NCBI RefSeq assembly: GCF_049554935.1 | Contig: NZ_CP186926.1 | Location: forward strand, 1,184,001-1,248,000 | Direction of reading: 5' to 3' | Source of the DNA: Methanocaldococcus indicus | Lineage (GTDB): Archaea > AGJL01 > Methanococci > Methanococcales > Methanocaldococcaceae | DNA length: 64,000 nucleotides | Shown here: positions 52,770 through 63,357 of the stretch, piece after piece | How the letters are laid out: each line of letters opens with the position of its first letter | Numbering within the stretch: position 1 is the stretch's first letter | Notes under the pieces: generated by a model | Databases searched by the model: none | Told to the model about the DNA's origin: nothing | The model's input: only the letters and a program-made list of their open reading frames with translations | Position numbers and translations under genes: made by a program

Positions 52770-53015
52770 CGTTTAATAATTGTTGCCATTTAGAATTATT
52801 GTTATTTTCTTTCTAATCTTAGGATAAACTAATGATATTATTTCTTATGAGCCATTTCCAATGATATTAAGTTAGTTGCTGAAAATGCTTTTAATTTTTA
52901 GGTATTTATAGTGGTGAATCTTCGACCATAATACAATAGTAAAAATAGATAACAATGACATAAACTAATTCCAGAATTTTATCTAGTGTCAGGATATTTT
53001 TATTATAAAAAAGAG

Positions 53016-53630
53016 CTACCTAAATAATTTTTTATAAAACTTCCCAAACTCTCTAATAAAGTTGTCATCAACTTCTATTTTTTCTTTAACTATCTTGGCA
53101 ATATAGCCATCTACAAACAACATAGATAAAGCAGATGTAAAATTTTTAAATGTTCTTTTTTCCTTGGCTTTTTCAAAATCTATAATATATACTTTGTCCC
53201 CAATTAAAAAATGTCTTCCTCCTTGTATTTCCTTATGTTCTATCCCTTCTAAATCCAATATTAATGTTATTTTCAATATATCTTTAACAACTTTTATTAA
53301 TTCTTCTTTATTAAGCTTATCAACAATCTTTTTTAGTTCTTCTCCATTTATGTATTCCATTATTATATAATTTTTTCCATATGCATAAACCTTAGGAGAA
53401 AAATTAAACTTCTCAATCTTTTTTAATATTAAAGCTTCATTTAGTAGATTGTTTTTTGGTGCATCTCTTCTTGGAATCTTTATAGCTACTTCTTTATTTT
53501 TATATATTCCTTTTAAAACAACACCCCTATGCCCTTTACCAATAACTCCTAATATTTTTACATTTAGTTTTTTTAACTCTTCAAGAGCACTCTCATCTAA
53601 GATATTTTCTATCATTTTTAGCTTTTCCAT
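53016..53630 (-). CDS. atypical serine/threonine protein kinase
   Basis: IGKGHRGVV, VAIK, MEYING, HKEIQ, IIDFE. Confidence 0.8.
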   Translation of the reverse strand: MEKLKMIENILDESALEELKKLNVKILGVIGKGHRGVVLKGIYKNKEVAIKIPRRDAPKNNLLNEALILKKIEKFNFSPKVYAYGKNYIIMEYINGEELKKIVDKLNKEELIKVVKDILKITLILDLEGIEHKEIQGGRHFLIGDKVYIIDFEKAKEKRTFKNFTSALSMLFVDGYIAKIVKEKIEVDDNFIREFGKFYKKLFR

Positions 53631-53714
53631 AGTATCAACTGGAAATATTATATATACACAAAATAACTATTTATTAGTAGTTTTATACTCAAAATATGAA
53701 ATTGGGTGATAGGT

Positions 53715-54560
53715 ATGTTAAGAGGAAAAGATGCAACATTAGCAGGAATTATAAGAGTAATTATTGAAGAAGAACCAGAAACACAGGATGAGATAGCTGA
53801 AAAGTTAGGGATAAGTAGAAGATATGTTGCAAGATTATTAAAGCCATTGATTGATGAGAAGATTGTTAAACATCCTTATGTTGTAGATATGAACAAATTA
53901 CATAAAACTAATTTAAAATTTGATGATGAACTTCTTTTAAAAGAAATTTTAGGAATTTTTGAAAATATGAAAAATTTTCTAATGAACAACTTAAATTTAG
54001 TATATAAAGCTTTAATAGAGAACAACACAAAAATAGCTGAAGAAATCATTTTAAAAGATTACTCTATAAATAAGATGGAAGAAGAAATTAAACTTTTATT
54101 AAATACTAATGTACTCAAATATTTGCCAATATCTTATGCAAATACCTACTTAGTTATTGCTTCTAACTTGGAAAGATTAGGGGATTACTTAGCTAATATT
54201 GCTGAGGAAATAGTAAAAGGACTTTATATAGATGGAGAATTAAAAATTTTCATAGATAAAATTTTTAAAATCCTAAAAGATATGCTAAATGAAGCTGTTG
54301 ATATTGTAATAACTAAAAGAAAAGAAACAAAAATTTATGAGTTAGAAGAGGAGTTACACAAAATTTTAAATGAAATGTTAGAATATACACTAAAAAATAA
54401 GAGAGATGATTTAAATTTTTATGTTCAGTTGGGAATGTTTTTGAAGGATGTTGAAAGATTTGGAGATAGATGTGTTAATATAGTTGAAGCTGCTTTAGAG
54501 CTCTATCATAACATCCCAAGAAATCCTATTCCAGAAAGATTAAAAAGAGGTTTATTATGA
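53715..54560 (+). CDS. PhoU-domain protein with N-terminal HTH
   Basis: [19 protein letters not shown]; LERLGDY and VERFGDR PhoU repeats. Confidence 0.82.
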   Translation: MLRGKDATLAGIIRVIIEEEPETQDEIAEKLGISRRYVARLLKPLIDEKIVKHPYVVDMNKLHKTNLKFDDELLLKEILGIFENMKNFLMNNLNLVYKALIENNTKIAEEIILKDYSINKMEEEIKLLLNTNVLKYLPISYANTYLVIASNLERLGDYLANIAEEIVKGLYIDGELKIFIDKIFKILKDMLNEAVDIVITKRKETKIYELEEELHKILNEMLEYTLKNKRDDLNFYVQLGMFLKDVERFGDRCVNIVEAALELYHNIPRNPIPERLKRGLL

Positions 54561-55168
54561 GAGAATTTATATTTAAAGCAAATAAAACTATAACATCTCC
54601 AAATATAAATTTAAAAGATTTAGCTGGAAGTTGTGGAAGGTTGGATTTATTGTGTAGATGTGTAAGTGATGCCTTCTTTCTTTCTCATGATATTAGAAGA
54701 GATGTTATTTTTTATGCTGTCCTTTGTGGGGAACCAAATCCTCCTGTATGTATAAAGTTTGTAGGAAGTGAGCTAAAAAAAGTTTCTCCAGATGAGAGAA
54801 ATATTGCAATATTTATAAAAAAAGCACTTAAAAAATTTTTAGAGAATGATAATAAAGATGATTGGATTGAATCAACTCCTGGGATATATGTTAAGAGATT
54901 AGATTTTAAAAATTTAGTTTTAGAAAAATTAAATGAGGGTAAAGAACTAATCTATCTCCACAAAAATGGAGAAAATATAGAAAATATAAAAGATATAAAA
55001 AATCCTGTTTTTATCTTAGGAGACCATATTGGTTTATTAGAAGAGGATGAAGAATTTTTAGAAAATTTAAAAGTTAAGAAAGTATCTGTTTCTCCTTTAG
55101 AACTACATGCAAATCATTGTATAACTATAATACACAACTATTTAGATAAACTTACTCAATCAAAATAG
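54557..55168 (+). CDS. trmY: tRNA (pseudouridine54-N1)-methyltransferase
   Basis: [38 protein letters not shown] (SPOUT fold). Confidence 0.92.
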   Translation: MREFIFKANKTITSPNINLKDLAGSCGRLDLLCRCVSDAFFLSHDIRRDVIFYAVLCGEPNPPVCIKFVGSELKKVSPDERNIAIFIKKALKKFLENDNKDDWIESTPGIYVKRLDFKNLVLEKLNEGKELIYLHKNGENIENIKDIKNPVFILGDHIGLLEEDEEFLENLKVKKVSVSPLELHANHCITIIHNYLDKLTQSK

Positions 55169-56009
55169 AAGCATAACCAACAACAGCAGAGTAATCTCCT
55201 GTTATATCCCCAGAGGTTGCATAAGCCAACAACTTAGATTCCTTAGCACCTAAAAGTTTCATAGCTCTAATCATAGCTATTGTTGGACCATAACCACACA
55301 TAGATATGTTGTATCTATGGACATCTTCATAAAGTTTTTTTTCATCAAAGTTTAATATATCCTTAATAACTAAGCTATCTTTTTCATTTGCAATTTCTTG
55401 AGGTTCATAGTGAGATAAATCTGTTGAAGCAATAATAAATACTTTTCTACCTAATTCCTTAGCTATCTTGGCTATAAAATGTCCTACTTCAATAGCTATA
55501 TCAAAATCTTGGAACATCATAGATATAGGAACTATTTTAAATTTAGCTATTTCTAAGAGCTCTAAATGCTTTAAAAATGGTAGTTGAACCTCAATAGAAT
55601 GCTCTTTTAAATGGGCTAATTCATCTAAATCAACAATTTCACACTCTTTCCATAACATCTCTATAAATTCCAAATCTGGCTCAATATCCCCCAATGGTGT
55701 TCTCCATATAGCATCAGTTACACTTACAGCTGAACCTAAACCTGTATGATTAGGACCTAAAATAATAACAGTTATCTCATCAAAATCTGCTCTTTTAGAT
55801 AGTTCATAATATGAATGTGCAGCTATTGGTCCAGAGTAAATGTATCCTGCATGAGGACAAACATATCCAGATATTTTATATTTTCCTCCTTTTGTAGGTA
55901 GTGAATTAGGTCCTAATTTGTGTAAATAACAGTTCTCTATTAATTCAATTAATTCCTCAGCATCAGAAGGATAGAAGAATCCAGCAACAGCAGGATATCT
56001 TATCTTCAT
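55152..56009 (-). CDS. MEMO1 family protein (AmmeMemoRadiSam protein B)
   Basis: [49 protein letters not shown]. Confidence 0.9.
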   Translation of the reverse strand: MKIRYPAVAGFFYPSDAEELIELIENCYLHKLGPNSLPTKGGKYKISGYVCPHAGYIYSGPIAAHSYYELSKRADFDEITVIILGPNHTGLGSAVSVTDAIWRTPLGDIEPDLEFIEMLWKECEIVDLDELAHLKEHSIEVQLPFLKHLELLEIAKFKIVPISMMFQDFDIAIEVGHFIAKIAKELGRKVFIIASTDLSHYEPQEIANEKDSLVIKDILNFDEKKLYEDVHRYNISMCGYGPTIAMIRAMKLLGAKESKLLAYATSGDITGDYSAVVGYASILIE

Positions 56010-56030
56010 AATTATCACTTATTTAAATTT

Positions 56031-56366
56031 TTAAAAGTCAATATCTCCAAAGTCATCGGCTATATCACTTACTTCATCTTCAACATAATCAATAGCATTA
56101 TTAATATCTTCATCTATCTCATTAATTACATTTCCTCCATCTTCAACAACATCCTCAATTGCATCAGCTATTAGCTCCCCTGCTACAACACCAGCAGCTA
56201 CTCCAGCAGCAGTTTCTAAAAACCTACTATTACCATTACCTCTATCAATATAAGCTCCTCCATGATAACCTCTACCAACCATTTGATATCTCTTTTTTCT
56301 TCCAAATAATAAGTATCCTATAAATAATCCAATAATAAATATTGCCATAAGCTCTAATATCATCAA
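56031..56366 (-). CDS. small membrane-anchored protein with Gly/Ala zipper and acidic tail
   Basis: N-terminal TM helix, FLETAAGVAAGVVAGELIADAI, D/E-rich C-terminus; GGAGGGG upstream. Confidence 0.7.
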   Translation of the reverse strand: MMILELMAIFIIGLFIGYLLFGRKKRYQMVGRGYHGGAYIDRGNGNSRFLETAAGVAAGVVAGELIADAIEDVVEDGGNVINEIDEDINNAIDYVEDEVSDIADDFGDIDF

Positions 56367-56553
56367 TACCCCTCCATTGAGATTATTGCTCTAAATTTAT
56401 ATATTACCTTTTACAATATTTAATAATTTGCATTATCTTAATAAAAAATCTTATATAAAAATTAAATAATGTAAATTAACTTAATAACATTTGATGATTT
56501 TTATACTACCTAATTTAAAATTTAATTAAAAAAATAAATTTTTGGTGTTATGT

Positions 56554-57141
56554 ATGGAAGAGCAAAGATTGGACTGTCCAATTTGTGGAGCTAAAAATAG
56601 CTTTAAGATAATTTCCAATAAAATAGAAATTCCATATTTTGGGCCAGTATTAGAAACTACTATGATTTGTGAAAAGTGTAATTATAGAAGGAGTGATGTA
56701 ATTCCTTTAGAAGTTAGAGAGCCAAAGAGATACTCTTTAAAAATTAAAGGAGAGGAAGATTTAAATAAAAGAGTTATTAGAAGTTCCTCAGGATATATAT
56801 TAATTCCTGAGTTGGGAGTAGAGATAACTCCAGGACCATTAGCAGAGAGCTTTATAAGTAATGTTGAAGGAGTTTTAAATAGAGTAGATAATGTTTTACA
56901 AACACTAATAAGATGGGCTGAGACAGAAGAACAAAAAGAAAAGGCTGAAAAATTAAGAGAGAAAATAAAAGATATAAAAGAAGGTAAAGATGAAGCTACA
57001 CTCATAATTTTAGACCCATTGGGGCATAGTGCTATTATAGGGGAAGGTGTTGAAGAAGAACTTTTAAGTGAGGAAGAGATAGAAAAACTAAAAGAAGGAA
57101 TTAATATAAATATTATTGACAAAGAAAAAGAGAAAAAATAA
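56554..57141 (+). CDS. ZPR1-type zinc finger protein
   Basis: CPICG..IPYFG..CEKC, SNVEGVL, DPLGHS. Confidence 0.9.
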   Translation: MEEQRLDCPICGAKNSFKIISNKIEIPYFGPVLETTMICEKCNYRRSDVIPLEVREPKRYSLKIKGEEDLNKRVIRSSSGYILIPELGVEITPGPLAESFISNVEGVLNRVDNVLQTLIRWAETEEQKEKAEKLREKIKDIKEGKDEATLIILDPLGHSAIIGEGVEEELLSEEEIEKLKEGININIIDKEKEKK

Positions 57142-57195
57142 TTTAAAATTTTTTTATTTATTTTTTAATATTTAAAATTTAGAGGATGAAGGTTT

Positions 57196-57960
57196 ATGAT
57201 TATTGCTATTAGTGGTAAAGGTGGTGTAGGAAAAACTGCATTTACAACATTGTTAATTAAAGCACTCTCTAAAAAGACAAACAATATTTTAGTTGTAGAT
57301 GCTGACCCTGATTCAAATCTTCCAGACACCTTAGGAGTGGAGGTAGATAAAACTGTTGGTGATATTAGAGAAGAGCTAAAAAAGATGGTAGAAGAAGATA
57401 AACCTCTTCCAGGAGGAATGAGTAAGTTAGATTTTTTAAAGAGTAAGATATTTGAGATTTTAGTTGAAACAGATAATTATGATTTATTAGTTATGGGAAG
57501 ACCAGAGGGTAGTGGGTGTTATTGTAGTGTAAATAATTGGCTTAGGCAAATTATTGACAATCTTTCCTCTTACTATGATTATGTTATTATTGACACTGAG
57601 GCAGGTTTAGAGCATTTAAGTAGAAGAACTACTCAAAATGTAGATAAGATGATTGTTGTTACTGACCCTACAAAGAGAGGGTTAAAAACAGCTGAAAGAA
57701 TAAAAAAATTAGCTAATGAGTTAGAGGTAAAATTTAAAGATATATATGTAGTTGCTAATAAAGTAAAACCTGAAGATAGGGAGTTAATAAAAAAATATGC
57801 TGAAGAATTAGGACTAAATCTTTTAGGAATCTTACCATACAATAAGGAGATAGCTGAATATGACTTAAAAGGTATTCCCCTTTGGAATCTACCAGAAGAT
57901 AATGAAGTATATAAGGAAGTTGAAAAAATAGCTAATAAGTTAATAAAAAATTCCAATTGA
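57196..57960 (+). CDS. CooC/AcsF-type nickel-insertion ATPase
   Basis: GKGGVGKT, DADP, GSGCYC, DTEAGLEHLSR. Confidence 0.88.
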   Translation: MIIAISGKGGVGKTAFTTLLIKALSKKTNNILVVDADPDSNLPDTLGVEVDKTVGDIREELKKMVEEDKPLPGGMSKLDFLKSKIFEILVETDNYDLLVMGRPEGSGCYCSVNNWLRQIIDNLSSYYDYVIIDTEAGLEHLSRRTTQNVDKMIVVTDPTKRGLKTAERIKKLANELEVKFKDIYVVANKVKPEDRELIKKYAEELGLNLLGILPYNKEIAEYDLKGIPLWNLPEDNEVYKEVEKIANKLIKNSN

Positions 57961-57967
57961 TGAAATC

Positions 57968-58843
57968 ATGGAGATTGATAAAATTATAGAAGCTGGGAAA
58001 ATAGCTGCTAAGGTTAGAGAAGAAACAAAAAAATTAATTAAACCAGGGGTTAAACTATTAGATGTTGCTGAATTTGCAGAATCTTTAATAAAAGAGCTTG
58101 GTGGTGAGCCAGCTTTTCCTTGTAATATTTCAATAAATGAGATAGCTGCTCATTATACTCCTAAGTTAAATGATGACTTAGTTTTTAGTGATGAAGATAT
58201 AGTAAAGTTAGATTTAGGAGTTCATATTGATGGATATATAGCTGATACAGCAGTAACTGTTGATTTATCAGGGAAGTATAAAGATTTAGTTAAAGCTTCA
58301 GAAGATGCTCTATATACTGTTATCAATGAAATAGAGATTCCTATGAATATTGGTGAGATGGGAAGAATTATCCAAGAAGTTATAGAAAGCTATGGATATA
58401 AACCAATATCTAACTTATCTGGACATGTTATGTATAGATATGAACTCCATACAGGAACAAGTATTCCCAATATATATGAAAGAACCAACAAGGTTATAGA
58501 TGTTGGAGATTTAGTAGCTATTGAGCCATTTGCAACAGATGGTTTTGGAATGGTTAAAGATGGAAATTTAGGAAATATTTATAAGTTTTTAGCTAAAAGA
58601 CCTATAAGATTACCAACAGCAAAAAAACTTTTAGAAAAAATAGAAAGTAAATATAAGTATTTACCTTTTGCTGAAAGATGGGTTATAAATAATGAAAAAG
58701 AGAAATCTGCTTTAAATTCTTTGTTAAGAGCATCAGCTATTTATGGATATCCTATATTAGTTGAAAGAAATAAGGGGATGGTTAGCCAGGCAGAACATAC
58801 TATATACATAACTGAAAATGATGTTATAATAACTACAAAATAG
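57968..58843 (+). CDS. map: methionine aminopeptidase type II
   Basis: AFPCNIS..AAHYTP, DLGVHIDGYIAD, NLSGH, AIEPF, QAEHT. Confidence 0.95.
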   Translation: MEIDKIIEAGKIAAKVREETKKLIKPGVKLLDVAEFAESLIKELGGEPAFPCNISINEIAAHYTPKLNDDLVFSDEDIVKLDLGVHIDGYIADTAVTVDLSGKYKDLVKASEDALYTVINEIEIPMNIGEMGRIIQEVIESYGYKPISNLSGHVMYRYELHTGTSIPNIYERTNKVIDVGDLVAIEPFATDGFGMVKDGNLGNIYKFLAKRPIRLPTAKKLLEKIESKYKYLPFAERWVINNEKEKSALNSLLRASAIYGYPILVERNKGMVSQAEHTIYITENDVIITTK

Positions 58844-58859
58844 ATTTTAGGAGAGTTAT

Positions 58860-59891
58860 ATGAAAATAAAATTTTATAATCGTGAAAGAGAATTAAATTA
58901 TTTAAAAACTTATGTGCAGTTAGAACCAAATTCTATTTTGTTTGTTTATGGACCTAAATCATCTGGAAAAACAACTGTTATCCTTAGAGTTATTGAAGAG
59001 CTATCTAAAAGAGATGATTTGATATTTTTTTATTATGATTTAAGAGAATATGCCACTCCCACAAAAGAAGAGTTTTTAAAGATATTCTTTGAAAAAGGGG
59101 ATAAAAAATATCTTCTAAATAAATTAGAGATTAATTTAGGAGTGTTTAAGTTTGGAGTTGAGGAAAATATTAATTTTAATAACTTATCTTTAAATGATGT
59201 CTTTACTAAAATGAAAGAAAGCATTAAAGAAGTTATTAAAGATGGGAAGAAACCAATTTTAATTATTGATGAACTTCAAAAATTAAAGAATATTTACTTT
59301 AATGGAGGTAAATCCCTACTAAATGAGTTGTTTAACTTATTTATCCATTTAACAAAAGTTAGACATCTTTGTCATGTTATTTGTTTGACCTCTGACACAT
59401 TATTTATTGAGGAAATTTACAGAAATTCAACATTAAAAAATGCCTCAGAATATTATTTAATTGATTGGTTAGAGAAAAAAACAATAAAGGAGATTTTAAA
59501 AGAAGAAGGTTTTAATGAGGATGAAATAAACTATTGCTTAAACTATCTTTCTTTACCTTATGAAATCTCTCAACTGATAAATAACAAAAAACTTGGCTTA
59601 TCTGTTAAAGAAACAATAAAGCAGTGGATTAATATTGAGAAAGATGGATTAATGTTTTTAATTGCAAATATGCCAGATGAATTAGATGAAAATAAAATAT
59701 ATGAAATTTTAAATAAATTTAGAGATAAAATTAAAGTTGAGGACTATGAAATTATTAAAAGAGAGTTAATTAAAGAATTTAAATTTTTAGTGGAAAATGA
59801 AATTTTGTTTTATGATGTTGTTAATGGTATAATCAAACCTACCTCAATAATTGAGTGGCATGCTATTAATGAAATAATTGAAAGGGCGTAG
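58860..59891 (+). CDS. archaeal ATPase (ATPase_2, MJ-type), intact paralogue
   Basis: FYNRERE, GPKSSGKT, IIDELQ, TSDTLF. Confidence 0.88.
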   Translation: MKIKFYNRERELNYLKTYVQLEPNSILFVYGPKSSGKTTVILRVIEELSKRDDLIFFYYDLREYATPTKEEFLKIFFEKGDKKYLLNKLEINLGVFKFGVEENINFNNLSLNDVFTKMKESIKEVIKDGKKPILIIDELQKLKNIYFNGGKSLLNELFNLFIHLTKVRHLCHVICLTSDTLFIEEIYRNSTLKNASEYYLIDWLEKKTIKEILKEEGFNEDEINYCLNYLSLPYEISQLINNKKLGLSVKETIKQWINIEKDGLMFLIANMPDELDENKIYEILNKFRDKIKVEDYEIIKRELIKEFKFLVENEILFYDVVNGIIKPTSIIEWHAINEIIERA

Positions 59892-59895
59892 CCCT
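59883..59895. repeat. GC-rich mini-hairpin AGGGC-GTA-GCCCT overlapping the ATPase stop codon
   Basis: Perfect 5-bp stem with GTA loop in otherwise AT-rich DNA. Confidence 0.55.
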
Positions 59896-59965
59896 AATGC
59901 TTATAAACTAACTTCTATTAAAAAATGGAGTGCAATAAGAGAAGTTATTATAAAAAAGATAATAA

Positions 59966-61465
59966 CTACTCTATAAACCAATACTTCTCTTTTAAAAATT
60001 CTAAGAACTTATTTATGTTCTTTTTTGAAAAACCATATTTTTTAGCTACTTTATATATCATCTTTTCAGATTTTGTACCATATTGAGCAGCTTTTTTTGG
60101 TCTTAAAGCAATATCTTCTGGAAGATATTTTTTAGCTACATCTCTTAAAATTTTTTTTCTTAACTCTCCTTTTAAGTAACTTTCTGGGAGTGATAAAGAG
60201 AAATCTACAAGCTCAGAATCTAAAAAAGGAACTCTTAGTTCAATAGTATTTGCCATACTACAATGGTCATCTCTCTCTAAATTGACCTTATATAAGTTTT
60301 TTATATCTTTTATTAGCTCTTCTTTTAAATTTTCTGAATTTTCATGTCTTTTATATCCTCCAAAAATTTCATCTGCTCCCTGTCCTGATAAGACAACCTT
60401 TAATTTATCTTCTTTAGCCAACTTAGTAGATAGATAAATAGGAATTCCAACAGATAAGTTCAATAAATTTATGTCATCCAAAGCTTTAACAACTTTAAAT
60501 AAATGTTCCTCAAATTCATTCTCATTAATTATATATGTTTTTAGCTCTAAATTTAAATAATTAGCAAGTTTTTGAGCATATTTTAAATCTTCACTATCCT
60601 CTGTTCCTACTGCATAAAGTGTAGTATTAACATACTTAGAAGAATAATAAGCTATTAAAGAGCTATCTAAACCTCCTGAGCAAATAACTCCTACTCTATC
60701 TAAACCTCTAACCCTCTTATATACAGCTTTTTTTAGTATTTTATCTAAATAATCAACAGCTTTATTGTAAGAAATATTCAATTCAGGAGAATTTTTTACA
60801 ATCTCTTTTTCAATAATTTCATACCTTAAATTATCTAAATAGTAAATTAAATAGCTATTTGGCTTTAATCTTTTTATTTTTGAATTTAAATAATCTAAAT
60901 CTTTTTTTTCTTTATTTATATTTATTAAGAGATGGTAAAGAGCCTTTCTCTCAGAAGAGAAGGCAAAATATTTATCTGTATCAACATAAAATAGAGGTTT
61001 TACACCAAATCTATCTCTACCTAAGATTAAAATATTCTTTTTTTTGTCATATATTGCATATGCATAGTCTCCATCCAATCTATACAATGCTTTATCTTCA
61101 TAAAGATGTAAAATAACTTCACTATCTGAGTCAGTTTTAAATGTGTGCTCTTTTAGCTCATTCATTATCTCTATGTAGTTATAAATCTCTCCATTACATA
61201 TAACCCATAAGCTCTCATCTTCATTTGATATAGGTTGTAAATATCTTCCTACTATTGCTAATCTATTATGACCAAAAGAAATAAAAAATGTTTTATCTAA
61301 CTTTAAATTATCTTTATCCAAACCTTCTTTAAAATAATAGACGTCATCATCAACATATAATCCTGAGCCATCTTTACCTCTATGCTTTAAAATCTTCATC
61401 ATATCTAAGGAATATCTAACATCTAAACAGCAACCTTTTGCAATAATCCCTGATATTGAGCACAT
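59966..61465 (-). CDS. asnB: asparagine synthetase (glutamine-hydrolysing)
   Basis: MCSISG, HRG, NGEIYN, RDRFGVKPL, SGGLDSS, SGQGADE. Confidence 0.9.
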   Translation of the reverse strand: MCSISGIIAKGCCLDVRYSLDMMKILKHRGKDGSGLYVDDDVYYFKEGLDKDNLKLDKTFFISFGHNRLAIVGRYLQPISNEDESLWVICNGEIYNYIEIMNELKEHTFKTDSDSEVILHLYEDKALYRLDGDYAYAIYDKKKNILILGRDRFGVKPLFYVDTDKYFAFSSERKALYHLLININKEKKDLDYLNSKIKRLKPNSYLIYYLDNLRYEIIEKEIVKNSPELNISYNKAVDYLDKILKKAVYKRVRGLDRVGVICSGGLDSSLIAYYSSKYVNTTLYAVGTEDSEDLKYAQKLANYLNLELKTYIINENEFEEHLFKVVKALDDINLLNLSVGIPIYLSTKLAKEDKLKVVLSGQGADEIFGGYKRHENSENLKEELIKDIKNLYKVNLERDDHCSMANTIELRVPFLDSELVDFSLSLPESYLKGELRKKILRDVAKKYLPEDIALRPKKAAQYGTKSEKMIYKVAKKYGFSKKNINKFLEFLKEKYWFIE

Positions 61466-61485
61466 AATTAATCAGCTGATGATTT

Positions 61486-62046
61486 ATGGATGCTTTAGTT
61501 ATGGCTGGTGGAAAAGGTAGTAGATTAGGCTATGTAGAAAAGCCATTAATAAAAATTGATAATAAGTATTTAATTGATATTGTAATTAATTCTTTATTAA
61601 ATAGTAGGGAGATAGATAAAATATTTATTGCAACCTCACCTTATACTAAAAACACAAAAAAATATTTACTCTCAAAATATAAAAACTATGACAATATTTT
61701 TTTAGTTGATACTTATGGCTTTGGTTTTATTGTAGATATTAACTACTGCTTTAAATATTTTAATAATCCTTTTTTAGTTGTATCTTCTGATATAATTGTA
61801 GATAGTGAGACTATCAACAACATTATTAGCTATTTTAAAGGTCTAAATGTTGAAGCTCTTTCTGTGTATATTCCAAAAGATAAATATGTAGGCTCAACTA
61901 AACCATATAAAAACTTAGTTCCTGCTGGAATAAATATTCTTTCTCCAAAATGTGGGTATCAAAAGGAGGAAGTATATATATTAGATAGATTAATATTGAA
62001 CATTAATACAAAATATGATTTAGATTTAGTAAAGTTGGTGATATAA
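61486..62046 (+). CDS. cobY: adenosylcobinamide-phosphate guanylyltransferase
   Basis: MAGGKGSRL..EKP, PAGIN, NINT NTP-transferase motifs. Confidence 0.82.
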   Translation: MDALVMAGGKGSRLGYVEKPLIKIDNKYLIDIVINSLLNSREIDKIFIATSPYTKNTKKYLLSKYKNYDNIFLVDTYGFGFIVDINYCFKYFNNPFLVVSSDIIVDSETINNIISYFKGLNVEALSVYIPKDKYVGSTKPYKNLVPAGINILSPKCGYQKEEVYILDRLILNINTKYDLDLVKLVI

Positions 62047-62318
62047 TGAAAAAGATGCCTGGAAAATTAATAATTGGGAAGGCAGTTATAGGGGATAAAG
62101 GTTCATCATTGGGAGAGTTGAAAGATATTATTTTTGATGAAAAAACTGGAAAAATTGTATCTATTGAAGTTATGCCTTATGAAGGAAGTATTTTAAAAGA
62201 ACTGTATCCAGAGAGTGAGAAAGTTTTAATTTTATTTAAAGCTGTTAAGTCAATAAAAGATTTTGTTTCAGTATATGAGAAAGAATTAAAACCAGAGAAT
62301 ATTAAGGTGATAGAATAG
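62046..62318 (+). CDS. PRC-barrel domain protein
   Basis: IIGKAVIGDKGSSLGELKDIIFDEKTGKI..AVKSIKDFV. Confidence 0.85.
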   Translation: MKKMPGKLIIGKAVIGDKGSSLGELKDIIFDEKTGKIVSIEVMPYEGSILKELYPESEKVLILFKAVKSIKDFVSVYEKELKPENIKVIE

Positions 62319-63148
62319 AATTCACAAAAATGCATAGTTTAGGAAATGATTATGTAGTTGTTAATGAGTTCAAAGAGAAAAAAGTAGATGATAAAGAAAA
62401 TTTCTCTAAGAGAGTTTGTAGAAGAAAATTCTCTGTTGGAGCTGATGGAGTTATATTTGTTGAAAAATCTGATAAGTATGATGTAAAATTTAGAATTTTT
62501 AATGCAGATGGTTCTGAAGCTGAGATGTGTGGTAATGGAATTAGATGCTTTGCTAAATATGTATATGAAAGAGTATTAAAAAAGAATCCTTTATATGTTG
62601 AAACAAAAGCAGGTTTAAGAGTTTGTGAGTTGGAGATAGAAGATGATAAAGTAAAGAAAATTAGAGTTTATATGGGAAAAGCTTCATTTAAACCTGAAGA
62701 TATTCCTCTCTCAATAAATAAAGAGTTGATAAATGAGAAAATAGAAATAAATGGTAGAAAATTTATAGGAACTGCTGTAAGTGTAGGTAATCCACATCTT
62801 ATAATTTTTGTAGATGACTTAGAAAGTATTAGAAAAGATTTAGATAAAATTGGAAAAGAGTTGGAGAATCATCCTTTATTCCCAAATAGAATAAATGTGC
62901 ATTTTGTTAAAGTTCTAAATAGGAGAGAGATTAGAATATTAACATGGGAGAGGGGAGTTGGCTATACAATGGCATGTGGAACAGGAGCTACAGCATCAGC
63001 TTATGTTTCTCACTATCTAAATAAGACAGATAATAAAGTTGTTGCTCACTTAGATGGAGGAAATTTAGAGATAGAGATAGAAGAAGATGGGATATATATT
63101 AAAGGAGATGCACATACTGTCTTTGATGGAAAATTGTTAGATTATTAA
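62315..63148 (+). CDS. dapF: diaminopimelate epimerase (probable ATA start at 62315; first ATG at 62330)
   Basis: FTKMHSLGND, GADG, NADGSEAEMCGNG, GNPH, ERGVGYTMACGTG. Confidence 0.93.
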   Translation: MEFTKMHSLGNDYVVVNEFKEKKVDDKENFSKRVCRRKFSVGADGVIFVEKSDKYDVKFRIFNADGSEAEMCGNGIRCFAKYVYERVLKKNPLYVETKAGLRVCELEIEDDKVKKIRVYMGKASFKPEDIPLSINKELINEKIEINGRKFIGTAVSVGNPHLIIFVDDLESIRKDLDKIGKELENHPLFPNRINVHFVKVLNRREIRILTWERGVGYTMACGTGATASAYVSHYLNKTDNKVVAHLDGGNLEIEIEEDGIYIKGDAHTVFDGKLLDY

Positions 63149-63205
63149 AATGTCTAATCAAATTAATTTATTTGTTTATGCTAATGTTCTATAGATAGAT
63201 TTTTA

Positions 63206-63218
63206 TAGAATTATATAA
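63206..63218 (+). promoter_or_regulatory. putative BRE/TATA promoter of tRNA-Sec
   Basis: TAGAA-TTATATAA about 26-38 nt upstream of the mature tRNA 5' end; a second TTTATAA follows. Confidence 0.5.
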
Positions 63219-63243
63219 TTTATAATTTTCTTGGATTTTATGT

Positions 63244-63332
63244 GGCGCGGGGTACCGGGCTTGGTAGCCCGGGGCGGACTTCAGATCCGTCGAGGGCGAG
63301 AGCCCTCGGGGTTCGATTCCCCCCCTGCGCCG
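63244..63332 (+). tRNA. selC: tRNA-Sec (anticodon UCA)
   Basis: 9-bp acceptor stem GGCGCGGGG/CCCTGCGCC, 7-bp D stem CCGGGCT/AGCCCGG, 6-bp anticodon stem with CT-TCA-GA loop, long variable arm GAGGGC-GAGA-GCCCTC, 4-bp T stem, G discriminator, CCA not encoded. Confidence 0.97.
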
Positions 63333-63357
63333 TCTAAAATTATTTTTGGAATCGTTT

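Noticed and set aside
1769-61116. Numerous short ORFs antisense to or nested in real genes (e.g. 5914-6345, 20722-21129, 32595-32978, 56682-57122)
   Set aside because: Ser/Phe/Leu-rich shadow frames of well-supported genes with no recognisable motifs
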